From: Candidatus Bathyarchaeota archaeon | Lineage (GTDB): Archaea; Thermoproteota; Bathyarchaeia; 40CM-2-53-6 | NCBI GenBank assembly: GCA_963733055.1 | Contig: CAVTBR010000001.1 | Span: 1,312,001-1,376,000, forward strand | DNA: 64,000 nt | Direction: 5' to 3' | In this document: positions 50,149-61,900 of the stretch, piece after piece | Layout of the letters: every line of letters begins with the position of its first letter | Position numbering within the stretch: position 1 is the first letter of the stretch | Notes under the pieces: generated by a model | Database searches by the model: none | Told to the model about the DNA's origin: nothing | The model's input: the letters and a program-made list of their open reading frames with translations, nothing else | Program-made: the position numbers and the translations under genes

Positions 50149-50613
50149 CTAGGTGATCGCTTTCTTGTAAAAGAGAAGGTAACTGATGATAATGAAATCT
50201 GCAACAATGGCAACGTGCATCATGGTGCAGTAAATGCAAATGGCCCTTACAAGAAACAGTTCGACGAAGATCAAGTACGGAACTATTGCAATGCCTATGA
50301 ATCTCCATCCGAACAGGGTTTTCAGTGAGGCCTTGAATACGAGGTCGCTCCCAAAAGCAATCAAGTAGACCAGTATGAGATTTACTATGAAGTACCCGAC
50401 CGCGAGCAGTTCGAGAGGGATGCCGAAAACCTGGCTGTACCTACTGCTCAATACAGCGTAGCAGTTGAGCGCTATCCCGGGGCCTCCCTGGTATGGACAG
50501 AAGGGGAGTTCCTGATTCAATGTGTAGTAGACGATTACTACCATAGAAGAGGCCCAAAGCCCGAATACGGACATGGCCATAAGCAGGACGAGCTTAAGCC
50601 AACTAATTCTCAT
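50149..50613 (-). CDS. Vitamin K epoxide reductase (VKOR) family protein
   Basis: Loop Cys pair, VLSSRYSQVFGIP, active-site CIYC. Confidence 0.9.
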   Translation of the reverse strand: MRISWLKLVLLMAMSVFGLWASSMVVIVYYTLNQELPFCPYQGGPGIALNCYAVLSSRYSQVFGIPLELLAVGYFIVNLILVYLIAFGSDLVFKASLKTLFGWRFIGIAIVPYLIFVELFLVRAICIYCTMMHVAIVADFIIISYLLFYKKAIT

Positions 50614-50717
50614 CTCTAGTATGTCTCCTTCCAACTCATTTCTCGTGAAATGCCGTGATGTTTCCTGATCAATTCCCATATACCCGCTGGAGCTGACATT
50701 CCAACCTGTGAATGAAC

Positions 50718-50913
50718 CATTATCCTAATCTTGGATATCCAGCCTCACAGCGTCTTCGTCCGGTGAGTTTGGTGTCATCAAAGAGGCCCATGGAAAAGAA
50801 AAGAAATCTGAGTAGATGGGAAAAGGCGGGTATTCCATTCATAATCTTGATTGTTGTTTGGGGTGTCTACTCGGTTACGCAACCATCTACGAGTATTCAG
50901 CCACATACCACGA
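50718..50913 (+). repeat. Duplicated promoter plus N-terminal anchor module, copy 1
   Basis: Similar to 51598-51795, including a 38-bp identical core (50817-50854 = 51699-51736). Confidence 0.9.
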
Positions 50914-51368
50914 GTTCGATAGCAGTATCCAGCGGTTCTTACGCACCGGATTTCACGTTGCCTATGGTCGGACCTAGCGGCCCGACGGGTGGATCTGTTT
51001 CATTATCTTCGCTTCGGGGAAGGGTTGTGTTCTTGGAGTTCATGGAACCTTGGTGCCCACACTGCCAATCGATGGCTCCAGTTCTTGAGCAACTGCACCA
51101 GAGGTATGGAGGTAATGTCTCATTCATCAGTGTCGCAGGCCCGTGGAACGGCGCAAACCAGAATGACGTGGCTAGTTTCGAAAGACAGTACGGATCGAGT
51201 TGGTCATATCTATACGATTCAAGCGGTTCGATTATGAATATGTATGGCGTTAGTGGGACGCCGACATTCTTTATTATCAACAGAAACGGATCGATCGCAG
51301 CATCACTCCAGGGAGACCAAAACTATGCTTCGCTTGAGAATCTAATCCTTCAGTCCTTGCGAAGCTAA
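50763..51368 (+). CDS. Membrane-anchored TlpA/ResA-like thioredoxin
   Basis: APDFTL, WCPHC, GTPTFFIIN. Confidence 0.9.
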   Translation: MSLVSSKRPMEKKRNLSRWEKAGIPFIILIVVWGVYSVTQPSTSIQPHTTSSIAVSSGSYAPDFTLPMVGPSGPTGGSVSLSSLRGRVVFLEFMEPWCPHCQSMAPVLEQLHQRYGGNVSFISVAGPWNGANQNDVASFERQYGSSWSYLYDSSGSIMNMYGVSGTPTFFIINRNGSIAASLQGDQNYASLENLILQSLRS

Positions 51369-51376
51369 CTTAGGGG

Positions 51377-51520
51377 TTGACTCGACATCAGGTTCATGAC
51401 ATTCTCCGACTGTTATCCGCGCGACCAATGCATGGATTTGAAATCATGGAAGAAATTTTCGAAAGAACTGGCAGGGTGTGGAGACAAGGACTCGGTGCTA
51501 TCGATCCGACTCTCTCGGTT
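51377..51520 (+). pseudogene. PadR-family regulator fragment
   Basis: ILRLLSARPMHGFEIMEEIFERTGRVWRQGLGAIDPTL; similarity is lost afterwards. Confidence 0.7.
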
Positions 51521-51597
51521 GCTGTGATCTGTCCCGTGGATCTCTCCGCCTCATCATCGCATACTCAGAGGACTGACTTCCCAACTTGCGAATGGAT

Positions 51598-51795
51598 CAT
51601 TATCCTAATCTTGCATATCCTAGGCGACTAGACGTTTTCGTGCGGTGAGTTCGGTGTCATCAAAGAAGTCGGTAGACAGGAGAAGAGGTCTGAGTAAGTG
51701 GGAAAAGGCGGGTATTCCATTCATAATCTTGATTGTGGCTTGGGTGGTCTATTCAGTTGCGCAACCTTCAGTTAGTATTCAGCCACAGACCACGA
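51598..51795 (+). repeat. Duplicated promoter plus N-terminal anchor module, copy 2
   Basis: See 50718-50913. Confidence 0.9.
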
Positions 51796-52193
51796 CTTCC
51801 TCCAGTGCAATATCAGGCGGACAGCAACTCGGCTATACGACTATTTCCGTATCGGATGCAAGTGCCATGATACACTCAACTTCCAACTTACTGGTTGTCG
51901 ATGTGAGAACCCCTCAGGAGTATGCGCTAGGACATCTGAAAGGCGCGATCAATATTCCATTGTCTGATCTGCCACTTCAAATTGGTGGACTTGACCGGAA
52001 TAGGCCAATACTTGTATACTGTCAGACGGGACACAGAAGCGCCCAGGCCAGCGTCATTCTGGTGAAAGCAGGCTTCACGCAGGTGTACAATATGGATGGA
52101 GGTATGACTGCATGGGTCGGCTCGGGTTACGCAACTGTAACCTCACGAGACACAACTCTTGTTTGTTCCGCGCAATGGCCTAATAGTTGCTAG
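51645..52193 (+). CDS. Membrane-anchored rhodanese domain protein
   Basis: VVDVRTPQEY..GHL.GAINIP; active loop CQTGHRS. Confidence 0.9.
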   Translation: MSSVSSKKSVDRRRGLSKWEKAGIPFIILIVAWVVYSVAQPSVSIQPQTTTSSSAISGGQQLGYTTISVSDASAMIHSTSNLLVVDVRTPQEYALGHLKGAINIPLSDLPLQIGGLDRNRPILVYCQTGHRSAQASVILVKAGFTQVYNMDGGMTAWVGSGYATVTSRDTTLVCSAQWPNSC

Positions 52194-52215
52194 TCATTTT
52201 TCGGTTCATCGTTCC

Positions 52216-52869
52216 TCACTGCATTGCCTCGATCAAGTACCAGTAACGTCGAATGCGGCTTCTCGTAAGATAACCTAATCGTTTGAGTTGTGCGTTGACG
52301 AACCTCGGCGATGGAATATCGCTCCGCGCGTGGAGCATCAAAGGTCTTCCTGCTGCAGGTGTCCAGTCAGCGATAATGAGTTTTCCTGTTTGTGATAGGG
52401 TGCGTCTCATTTCAAATAATCCGCGCTTAGGGTTTGAGAGATGATGAAGTGAGAACAATGAAACAACCAGGTCGAAGTGGTTGCTCTTGAAAGGTAACCG
52501 CTCCGCATTAGCTTCTTTGACCAAGACATGCCGCGAATATTGATGCTTTCTCATTATCGTCTTAATATGATGGACTACTGCTGGCGAAGCATCGACCGAC
52601 CAAATGCGAGACTCTTTTCCGAAGCGGCGTGTTAGGAATTTAAGATTCATACCGTACCCTGTCCCAACATCCAGAATCCTCCTTGGCTGAAGTCCCTTCA
52701 CTGAAACTGCTACGCTCTTCAGGACATGCTCATGCACTCGGTCTCTCCGACGTGCGATCCTCGACGAGATCGCCCCAGAGCTTTCTTTCATACTCTTGCC
52801 CTTGTGGAGAAAATGTTTCCGCAAATCACGAATAGTGCTCGTCTTTCTCAAACTAACCTTTCCGTCCAT
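52216..52869 (-). CDS. Class I SAM-dependent methyltransferase
   Basis: ILDVGTGYG, AERLPF, SLHH; start uncertain. Confidence 0.85.
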   Translation of the reverse strand: MDGKVSLRKTSTIRDLRKHFLHKGKSMKESSGAISSRIARRRDRVHEHVLKSVAVSVKGLQPRRILDVGTGYGMNLKFLTRRFGKESRIWSVDASPAVVHHIKTIMRKHQYSRHVLVKEANAERLPFKSNHFDLVVSLFSLHHLSNPKRGLFEMRRTLSQTGKLIIADWTPAAGRPLMLHARSDIPSPRFVNAQLKRLGYLTRSRIRRYWYLIEAMQ

Positions 52870-52940
52870 TCTTGACTCTACCGGCTAAGAGACATAAGAA
52901 TAGTGAAATACAAAATGGGAAGAGAGAGCGATCCGCGCTC

Positions 52941-53040
52941 TCAGTTTCTTAGATGTCTTTGATTGCCGCGGTGATCTTGGTCATGATGTCCTTCGAGATT
53001 TCACTCAGATGCCCATAACTTGACCATTCGCCTTCACATT
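52941..53040 (-). pseudogene. Possible DUF1059-like C-terminal remnant
   Basis: HLSEISKDIMTKITAAIKR resembles the DUF1059 tail; no start codon or N-terminus. Confidence 0.35.
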
Positions 53041-53090
53041 TGAATGAGGATTAAGGAAGGGATATCAGTTCAAGAGAGGTAGAGTGCGGT

Positions 53091-53945
53091 ATGGAAGAAC
53101 GTCGTTTCGGTCGCACTGGCCACATGAGCTCCGTAGCCATCTTCGGAGCGGCGGCTCTTGCGAAAGCAACGCAAGATCAAGCCGACGAGACGATGAAGAA
53201 AGTCATCGCTGCCGGCGTCAACCACATTGATGTGGCTCCCTCGTACGGGGACGCGGAGGAACGCGTACGACCGTGTCTTGCCAAAGAACGAAAACGTTTC
53301 TTCCTAGGATGCAAAACCCTGGAACGTACTTCGTCGAAGGCGGAGGCTGAACTGCATCGTTCCCTAGAGCGTTTGGGCGTGAATTCTTTCGACTTGTACC
53401 AGGTTCATGCCGTAACTACTATGGAGGAGCTTGACCAGGTGACGGGCCCGGGTGGTGCCTTGGAGGCGATTAAGAACGCTCGGGAAGAGAGGTTAACACG
53501 ATACATCGGCATCACCGGCCATGGGGTAAGCGCGCCAAGAATTTTTCTAGAAGCGTTACGCCGATTCGATTTCGATTCCGTGCTCTTCCCAATTAACTTC
53601 ATACAATACGCAAACAAAGAGTATCGGCGCTACGCACAGGAGTTGTTGCGCGAATGTCGGACTCGCGACGTCGGCACGATGATCATCAAATCAATTGCGC
53701 GAGGGCCGTGGGAGTATCAAGCAAGAGCATACGACCCTTGGTACGAGCCATTCTCTGATGCTACAATGATTCAGCAGTGTGTCAATTTCGTACTATCACA
53801 GGACGTAACCGGACTTTGCACAGTCAGCGATATGAAGCTCCTACCCCTAGTCCTGAACGCATGCGAGCACTATGCGCAAATCAGTCCGCTTGAACAAGAG
53901 CGATTGATTGAGACCGCAGCCCAATACAAGCCCCTATTTGCCTAA
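53091..53945 (+). CDS. Aldo/keto reductase
   Basis: RRFGRTG, NHIDVAPSYG, SLERL...DLYQVH, IGITGH. Confidence 0.9.
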   Translation: MEERRFGRTGHMSSVAIFGAAALAKATQDQADETMKKVIAAGVNHIDVAPSYGDAEERVRPCLAKERKRFFLGCKTLERTSSKAEAELHRSLERLGVNSFDLYQVHAVTTMEELDQVTGPGGALEAIKNAREERLTRYIGITGHGVSAPRIFLEALRRFDFDSVLFPINFIQYANKEYRRYAQELLRECRTRDVGTMIIKSIARGPWEYQARAYDPWYEPFSDATMIQQCVNFVLSQDVTGLCTVSDMKLLPLVLNACEHYAQISPLEQERLIETAAQYKPLFA

Positions 53946-53954
53946 GAAAAATGG

Positions 53955-54123
53955 GGAGGATGTGAATATCTCAGCACTCCTAACTCCGCTCACTTCTTAA
54001 TTTCAAGAGCCACACTGGGGCAAATCAGTATACGCGATTTAGAGGAAAGTTGAGGCAGAGCAGTCTTAACTTGTTTACCTTGGCAAATGTGGAGAGGATG
54101 TCTGTGTCCACGACAATGTGCAT
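53955..54123 (-). pseudogene. PIN-domain (DUF3368/VapC-like) toxin relic
   Basis: MHIVVDTDILSTFAKVNKLRLL, then a frameshift to ILICPSVALEIKK*AELG, then truncation. Confidence 0.75.
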
Positions 54124-54127
54124 TATC

Positions 54128-54499
54128 TCATCTTTTCATGAGTGCGTCAGCCCTTTTGACGCCGGTCCTACTCACAGAGATTACTCTCTTATGGCCAAGA
54201 CTTGCTAGTACTTCCTTGAACTCGACTATCCCTACATCCGCAATCTCTGCGGCCTTACCCAAGGTGACTTCGCCGTCTTTGTACAACTCTGCTGCTGCCG
54301 CCAACCTCAGGCTTCGCTTAGAGTAGAGGAAAGTCCTGAGCGCGTCCTTTACAACGTCGGACTTACTTGAGTAGTATCCGGCCTTGACTAACGCATCTAT
54401 TTCCTTCTTGACCAATTCTGGCAGATTGTAACCTGAGGGCATGATTCCGCCAATTAATTGTTGATGACTGTTATCATAAATACTCATCATCTCTCGCAA
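54128..54499 (-). CDS. UPF0175-family antitoxin with N-terminal RHH-like domain
   Basis: LVKAGYYSSKSDVVKDALR; ELYKDGEVTLGKAAEIA; likely ATG near 54442. Confidence 0.85.
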   Translation of the reverse strand: MREMMSIYDNSHQQLIGGIMPSGYNLPELVKKEIDALVKAGYYSSKSDVVKDALRTFLYSKRSLRLAAAAELYKDGEVTLGKAAEIADVGIVEFKEVLASLGHKRVISVSRTGVKRADALMKR

Positions 54500-54549
54500 A
54501 TCTCGGAGAAGGGTGACGGCCTACACGGACTGAAACCAGGGGTTTTGTC

Positions 54550-54906
54550 TTAGTCTAGACCAAAGCTTGTCTTGCGTTTGGGGGCTATGCGAATATAGGT
54601 TGCTTCTCCGAGGTAGCCATTCCGAGTCACAAGATCAGCGGCCCCGAAGATCTTCAACATCCTCGGACGCCAAGGTTCGACGCTAATCAAATCGTCGACT
54701 ACTAGTGAAACTTGCGGGTTCTGAAGAGCATTCTTGTACTTGTGGGTCGCGGTTAGGTGCATTCCGCCGACGTAGAAGTACTTCCCGTCGAAATCGAACC
54801 CAACTGGAGCCACATCGGGGACCCCGTCCTTGGAGGCTGTTCCTATTCGGGCTAGATGTTGCGATTTTAGATATTCAACCTCTTTCTCAGAGAACATTTC
54901 AGTCAT
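54550..54906 (-). CDS. PPOX-class F420-dependent oxidoreductase
   Basis: LARIGTASKDGVPDVAPVGF, KYKN...NPQVSLVVDD. Confidence 0.88.
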   Translation of the reverse strand: MTEMFSEKEVEYLKSQHLARIGTASKDGVPDVAPVGFDFDGKYFYVGGMHLTATHKYKNALQNPQVSLVVDDLISVEPWRPRMLKIFGAADLVTRNGYLGEATYIRIAPKRKTSFGLD

Positions 54907-54933
54907 CTAGAATCCACCTCTCTTGAACCTAAC

Positions 54934-55305
54934 TTAAGTCTGCACCGCTGGCTTGCTAGCTTCTCGTCGAGCCAGATGGCCTTCGATGATTCTCTTCGCC
55001 CTGGTATAAGCCAGCTGAATGACCTCTCTCGCATTATCCAAGTCTCTTTTCGATCGAATCCTCATTGTTACCCAACCGGCGTCAGGGGCAAACTGATGGC
55101 GCTCCGCATTGCCCGCCTCGAGAACCTTTGCCTGGTCCTCTTTCGAAAGGCGAATGTCTAGGTAGGTGTCGCTGTGAGAATGCATGAATTCCAATCCATC
55201 AACCTGAAACTCGACCCCGCCAAACCTATGCGGAGCCTTCCCTACCCCCGGGAGATTCTCAACCCAATCTCGAAGCGCTTGCAGCTCGGAGCGGAGGTCG
55301 GACAA
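54934..55305 (-). CDS. DUF5519 (luciferase-like) family protein
   Basis: PHRFGGVEF...HSH...H..PDAGWVT. Confidence 0.75.
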   Translation of the reverse strand: MSDLRSELQALRDWVENLPGVGKAPHRFGGVEFQVDGLEFMHSHSDTYLDIRLSKEDQAKVLEAGNAERHQFAPDAGWVTMRIRSKRDLDNAREVIQLAYTRAKRIIEGHLARREASKPAVQT

Positions 55306-55509
55306 ATGGGAATCGCCAATCTAGGGTGAAATCCGCAATATATTGACTACCGACAAAATCAGACAGACGGCTTCTCTAAACTAACCTATGAAAAGATCAT
55401 CTCTGAAAGTCGATGGAAGCGAGTTAACAAGTTAAGGCCCCATGAGCCAACAAGTTAACAGAACCATAACATATATGGGAGCTGCGGGTAGGATTTGTTT
55501 TGATAATTC

Positions 55510-55911
55510 ATGTTATCCAAAGCATCTCTCGCGACCTTGGTTCCAATAAAGAACATGGACCGAGCCATCAGGTTCTACACTAAAGCCCTCGGAGGTTCCC
55601 TGAATATGCGAGCACCAGGGGATATGAAGAATTTCTGGGCCTCCGTAGACGTCGGCAAGACGGAGTTCTGGATGATCCACCCTTCCAAGCGTGAGAAAAG
55701 AGACCTCGCTTACTCCACATTTGTCGTCAAGGACATCAAGAAGACCGTAGCCGGACTGAAAAAGAAAGGAGTAAGGTTCCTTCACGGTGAGAAAATGGGC
55801 CCTGACTCAAGGGTGAAGGGACCGATAACTTATGACTCATACGGGGCGGGTGCATTATTCAAAGACTCCGAAGGCAACCTGCTGATGTTATGGGAAAATG
55901 CACGAATGTAG
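55510..55911 (+). CDS. VOC/glyoxalase family protein
   Basis: MDRAIRFYTKALG; FKDSEGNLL. Confidence 0.88.
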   Translation: MLSKASLATLVPIKNMDRAIRFYTKALGGSLNMRAPGDMKNFWASVDVGKTEFWMIHPSKREKRDLAYSTFVVKDIKKTVAGLKKKGVRFLHGEKMGPDSRVKGPITYDSYGAGALFKDSEGNLLMLWENARM

Positions 55912-55953
55912 GATGCCCCTGATAGATAGCAAAAATCTTCCCTGAAAGTCATA

Positions 55954-56418
55954 TTAGCGGGGCCCGGGGTCGAATCCCGGCGTGCTTGCCAAATTCATCT
56001 TTTTCGAGATGGTCTCGAAGTCCTCTCTTGGTACCTCGACAAACCCGAAACGGAAAACAATTCCCCAGCTTTTCTTATTTCTAATGAAGGCCAATTTTGG
56101 AATGAGCGTGAGGATGTCTGCCTCTCCGCAGGAGATGAACTCAACGTCTCTGCGGTATGGGACAAAACCGCCACCCATATCGCCCTGATAGATTTCGCCT
56201 TCCTTGACGCGCGCAATGGCCGTGAATTTCTTCAACTGTTCTTTACCTTGAAAGTGAAGTTTCGGAGAATAGAAAACAATCATATCTCCGGCTTTCATCC
56301 GCTTCAGCGGGGCGGCTTTGCCGTGGTTCGCTTGAACAACGCCCAATTTCTTACCTATTTCCACATGGTCCTTTGAAGCGACAACGACCCAGTATTTTGT
56401 AGGCCGCTCATCTATCAT
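55954..56418 (-). CDS. EVE domain protein
   Basis: KYWVVVASKDHV...QANHGK..PLKRMKAGD..VFYSP; ATG 56418. Confidence 0.88.
   Translation of the reverse strand: MIDERPTKYWVVVASKDHVEIGKKLGVVQANHGKAAPLKRMKAGDMIVFYSPKLHFQGKEQLKKFTAIARVKEGEIYQGDMGGGFVPYRRDVEFISCGEADILTLIPKLAFIRNKKSWGIVFRFGFVEVPREDFETISKKMNLASTPGFDPGPR
55959..55991 (+). repeat. Degenerate copy of tRNA 3' end (att-like)
   Basis: GGGGCCCGGGGTCGAATCCCGGCGTGCTTGCCA vs tRNA-Lys 40953-40985 GGGTCCCGGGTTCAAATCCCGGCGGGCCCGCCA: 27/33. Confidence 0.75.
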
Positions 56419-57251
56419 GGGTGGACCTTGTTCCATTGTTTCTGGAAGAGTTCTCAAGAGTGGACTGCGTCGTTGCGTGAGGTGAACACTTCGAATGTAA
56501 CTGTTCTATCGTAGTTGATTTCTTTTAGGAGTTTGATGACTTTTCGAAAGTCAATATTCCCCCTGCCGAGAGGTAGGTGCTCGTCCCATTTTCCGTGATT
56601 ATCATGTATGTGTACGTGAGCCAACCTGTCGCCAAACGCATCCATGTAATCTCCCACTCCCTTCATACGATTTTCAATGAAAGCGTGAGCGATGTCGAAG
56701 TGAAATTTCAAGGCGGGGACAGCGTTCATTACCTGTGAAAAGCAATCGATGGATTCTAGTACAGACCCATTTGCAGGAGGGACGTTCTCCAGCATTAAAT
56801 CAACTTTCTTCGTTGCCGCGAATTCTGTCAACTCCTTCATAGCGTCGATGAAATTTCGAAGGAAAGCATTTCTCGATTCCTCCGTGGTGCCGACCCTACC
56901 CAGCCTGCCGTAAAAGTGAAAGTTCAGTAGCTCAAGGTTCAGCTGTGATGCGACGAGTATCATGTCCTTCCCCTCCTCTACCCATCCCAGCCTGGCCTTC
57001 TCATGAGATGAGCCAAAGCCCACCCAGTACGCAGTGTGACCCAGCGCGGGCATTTCTTTCGCAGACAGTAATCTCAATATTTCGTCCGTCTGGCGCATCA
57101 AGATGCGTGGGGTCGCGTTGGGCTCTTCGATCCCAATCTCCACGTAATCAAACCCGAGCTTGTGAAACCTAGTGATCTCATCGGGTACAAACTCGATAGG
57201 GTCTGTTAGAAGCCCAAACTTTGGAAACGCATGGTTTTGTGCGCGTGCCAT
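56415..57251 (-). CDS. Sugar phosphate isomerase/epimerase (AP endonuclease 2 TIM barrel) with premature TGA at 56454-56456
   Basis: LENV, FDIAHA, HVHIHDN...DEHLPLG.G.IDF, TFEV; frame continues past the TGA to a stop overlapping the EVE ATG. Confidence 0.85.
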
Positions 57252-57389
57252 GACTGGTTTGGTGAGAAATGCCCATTTAACAATTCAATTTTCGGCTTTA
57301 AATCCGCGAAATCATTGACTCACGCGATCATTAGTCCCACGAATTGTGGAATCAGGTTCACGGTGTGGAATTCGCACCCCAAAACCTAA

Positions 57390-59600
<2,211 letters not shown>

Positions 59601-59642
59601 CTGTAAACATTCGTCCCAATTTGGCCTCAGCCGACTGACAGT

Positions 59643-60857
59643 CTATGGCATGGGTACTGTAATCGCGCCATCAAGCACTACCAGAACACGGGACTTGTTT
59701 CCCTTAATCCTGGTTGCATCTGCAAACGCTTTTTGCAAATCTTGGTGCGGTGTTAGACCGATCGCCTTCGGAACCGACTCGGGCAGGCTTGTGACGGCGA
59801 AGATGCTTGTTCTTTTGAGCAGGTTTTGCAGCTTCACAACCTTATGATAACCAAATTTACGTGAGTTTTCTTTGCCGGCTCCTCCGTCCTTGGAGGTTAG
59901 GAGTTTGTAGAAGTTGCTATCCCCTATACCCTCAGGACAACTAGAGACCAGGATGATTATTCCACCTTCCTTAACGGAGAGTTCGACGTTTTGGAGTGCT
60001 TTTTGGGATTGGTAGAGGTCGATGTCTAAGGGTGGTTTGTTTACTGAGATTACGATGTCGGCTTTCTCCTGAATCTTCGGTACGTAAATTTGATTTGCAA
60101 ACTCAACGGCCCGTTTGAAGGATTGGACAATGTGTCCCGAGCAAGAGTAGCTTGTTTGCGATTTGACGTTGAGAACGAGTTGTATGGAGAACATGTCTTC
60201 GAATCTTCCAAACCTCTCCAAAGCTTCCATAAAATCGTCATGAACCGGGTTTCCCTCCAACCTCAGAACCTTCGAATCATCCTCGGCAGCCAAACAATGG
60301 TTATTGGTAATGGAATCAATATCTGCGAGTGCGGGTAGGAGGAATTTTCTGCCCCCGGTGTAACCTGCGAAATAGTGCGGCTCCACCGAGGCAACCGGAA
60401 TGATGGCGTCCGCGTCAAAGAGTAGGGAGTTGAAGGATAGTTCGGTTCCTCTGCTGGTCTTTCCTATTGGCGTCAGAGAGGTCGGATCCTTGCTATCATG
60501 AACGACGACTCTGCCTCCATAGGGAGGTGTCTTGCTTCCAAGAATTCCCTCAAGCTCCCTCTGATCTGGGGACCTGTGCGATCCTGTCGCGATAACTGTT
60601 GTAACCTCTTTACCCCGCAAATCAAGCGAGTTCAAAACTTCCGCAGTGGGTGTCGATCGCGTATGGTCGTTTACAACGACGAGAATCTTCTTCTTATCCG
60701 AAATGAACGTCGCGAAATCCTTGGAATCAATAGGATTTGCAATAGAGCGTCGGATCGACTCAGGGTCAGGAGGAGTATCGGCGGGTGAAACTATCTCGAC
60801 CGGCCTGCCCTCTTCGAACTTCAGCCTCATCGAGCCATGTCCGAAGGGTACCTGCAT
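59643..60857 (-). CDS. larA: Nickel-pincer-dependent lactate racemase family protein
   Basis: NDHTRSTP, ATGSHR, EPHYFAGYTGGRK, DLYQSQK; substrate uncertain. Confidence 0.85.
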   Translation of the reverse strand: MQVPFGHGSMRLKFEEGRPVEIVSPADTPPDPESIRRSIANPIDSKDFATFISDKKKILVVVNDHTRSTPTAEVLNSLDLRGKEVTTVIATGSHRSPDQRELEGILGSKTPPYGGRVVVHDSKDPTSLTPIGKTSRGTELSFNSLLFDADAIIPVASVEPHYFAGYTGGRKFLLPALADIDSITNNHCLAAEDDSKVLRLEGNPVHDDFMEALERFGRFEDMFSIQLVLNVKSQTSYSCSGHIVQSFKRAVEFANQIYVPKIQEKADIVISVNKPPLDIDLYQSQKALQNVELSVKEGGIIILVSSCPEGIGDSNFYKLLTSKDGGAGKENSRKFGYHKVVKLQNLLKRTSIFAVTSLPESVPKAIGLTPHQDLQKAFADATRIKGNKSRVLVVLDGAITVPMP

Positions 60858-60992
60858 GCTTCTCGCTGCAGGTCAAAACGTTGCCTGACCCAAATAGGTT
60901 ATTTTGCGGAATTACTATACTCCGAAGTCTGATGGAATTTGTGTTCGTAAGATTGCTTTGGGTACTGATTGTCTGTCTCATAATAAGGCCCA

Positions 60993-61820
60993 TTACTCGG
61001 ACCAGAAGTTCGTTCCTGCGAGAGTTGAACGCCTGATTTTTGCAAGCTTTTCCAGTCGTTCGAGTTCTGTGAGAGCATCCTTTGGCGAAAGGTCGAAGAC
61101 GCGTTCGATCTCCAGGAGGGGTGTCGGTCCTTGGGTTTTGATGTATTCGAGCACGTCGGTGGGCTTTGCCTTTCTTAGCTGTCCTGCTGACAAGTAGTCG
61201 ATCGCTCCTTCAACGGCTGATGGTTGGAAGGTTTGATCCAAAGTGACGATCCGACCACGCCGGTCGCTTACAGCAACATTGTAGAATCCAACGTGAACTT
61301 GCGGCGCGTCCTCACCTTGATTTTCCAGAGCTTGCTTGAGCCCGGTTTGGTCCGCCCAGTCGCGTTTGAATCTTGCCTCGTCTAGCCCAGCCTCTGTTAC
61401 TCCTTCAAGGATCGTCGTTTCACTGGTTACGTCTTGGTTTTCGACGATGTTGCGTCTCAGGAGTGAACGGTAAAATCGGTGGCCCTTTTCGTGGCCTTGG
61501 CGTTCTGCCGCCATAACGGCGAGTGAGGCGGGGAGGAGGTTCTTGGGCATTAGGTCAAACCGGTAGTTGAGGTGCATCGGTACGCCCATGATTTCTTGTG
61601 ATTCCTTCGCCCATTTGGCCAGGCCTGCGTCGTCGAGTTCGTAATTCTTCTTGTACTCCTCAATATCCTCGTACACGGTTCCATAAAGGGTAACAATGTT
61701 GATTTGTTCTCCGTACACGAGCTTCAAACGATTGAAGACGGGCTCGTATCCCCACGACCACCAGCAGGTGGGTGCCGTGAAGTGGACAACGGCGATACGT
61801 TGGTCATGTTCATGACTCAT
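60993..61820 (-). CDS. DsbA/YjbH-like thioredoxin-fold protein with C-terminal wHTH-like segment
   Basis: FTAPTCWWSWGYEP (CxxS). Confidence 0.75.
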   Translation of the reverse strand: MSHEHDQRIAVVHFTAPTCWWSWGYEPVFNRLKLVYGEQINIVTLYGTVYEDIEEYKKNYELDDAGLAKWAKESQEIMGVPMHLNYRFDLMPKNLLPASLAVMAAERQGHEKGHRFYRSLLRRNIVENQDVTSETTILEGVTEAGLDEARFKRDWADQTGLKQALENQGEDAPQVHVGFYNVAVSDRRGRIVTLDQTFQPSAVEGAIDYLSAGQLRKAKPTDVLEYIKTQGPTPLLEIERVFDLSPKDALTELERLEKLAKIRRSTLAGTNFWSE

Positions 61821-61900
61821 TCCAGATCCGCTCAAAGTAAACTGATTTTGATTCAACCACTATAACGGATTCTGCTAGGGTCCTCCCTCTTCGGTCTCAT

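Larger units (their letters stand above)
40953..55991. mobile_element. Old, degraded genomic island downstream of tRNA-Lys
   Basis: Degenerate direct repeat of tRNA 3' end at 55959-55991; many small accessory genes and several gene relics; no integrase seen. Confidence 0.55.

Noticed and set aside
55426-55458. 10-bp direct repeat AACAAGTTAA upstream of the VOC gene
   Set aside because: Short and AT-rich; could be an operator but cannot be distinguished from chance.
23157-57251. Idea of a shared programmed-recoding system behind the two frameshifts and the internal TGA
   Set aside because: No slippery sites, SECIS-like hairpins or BHB motifs at these positions; scattered single-base errors explain them more simply.
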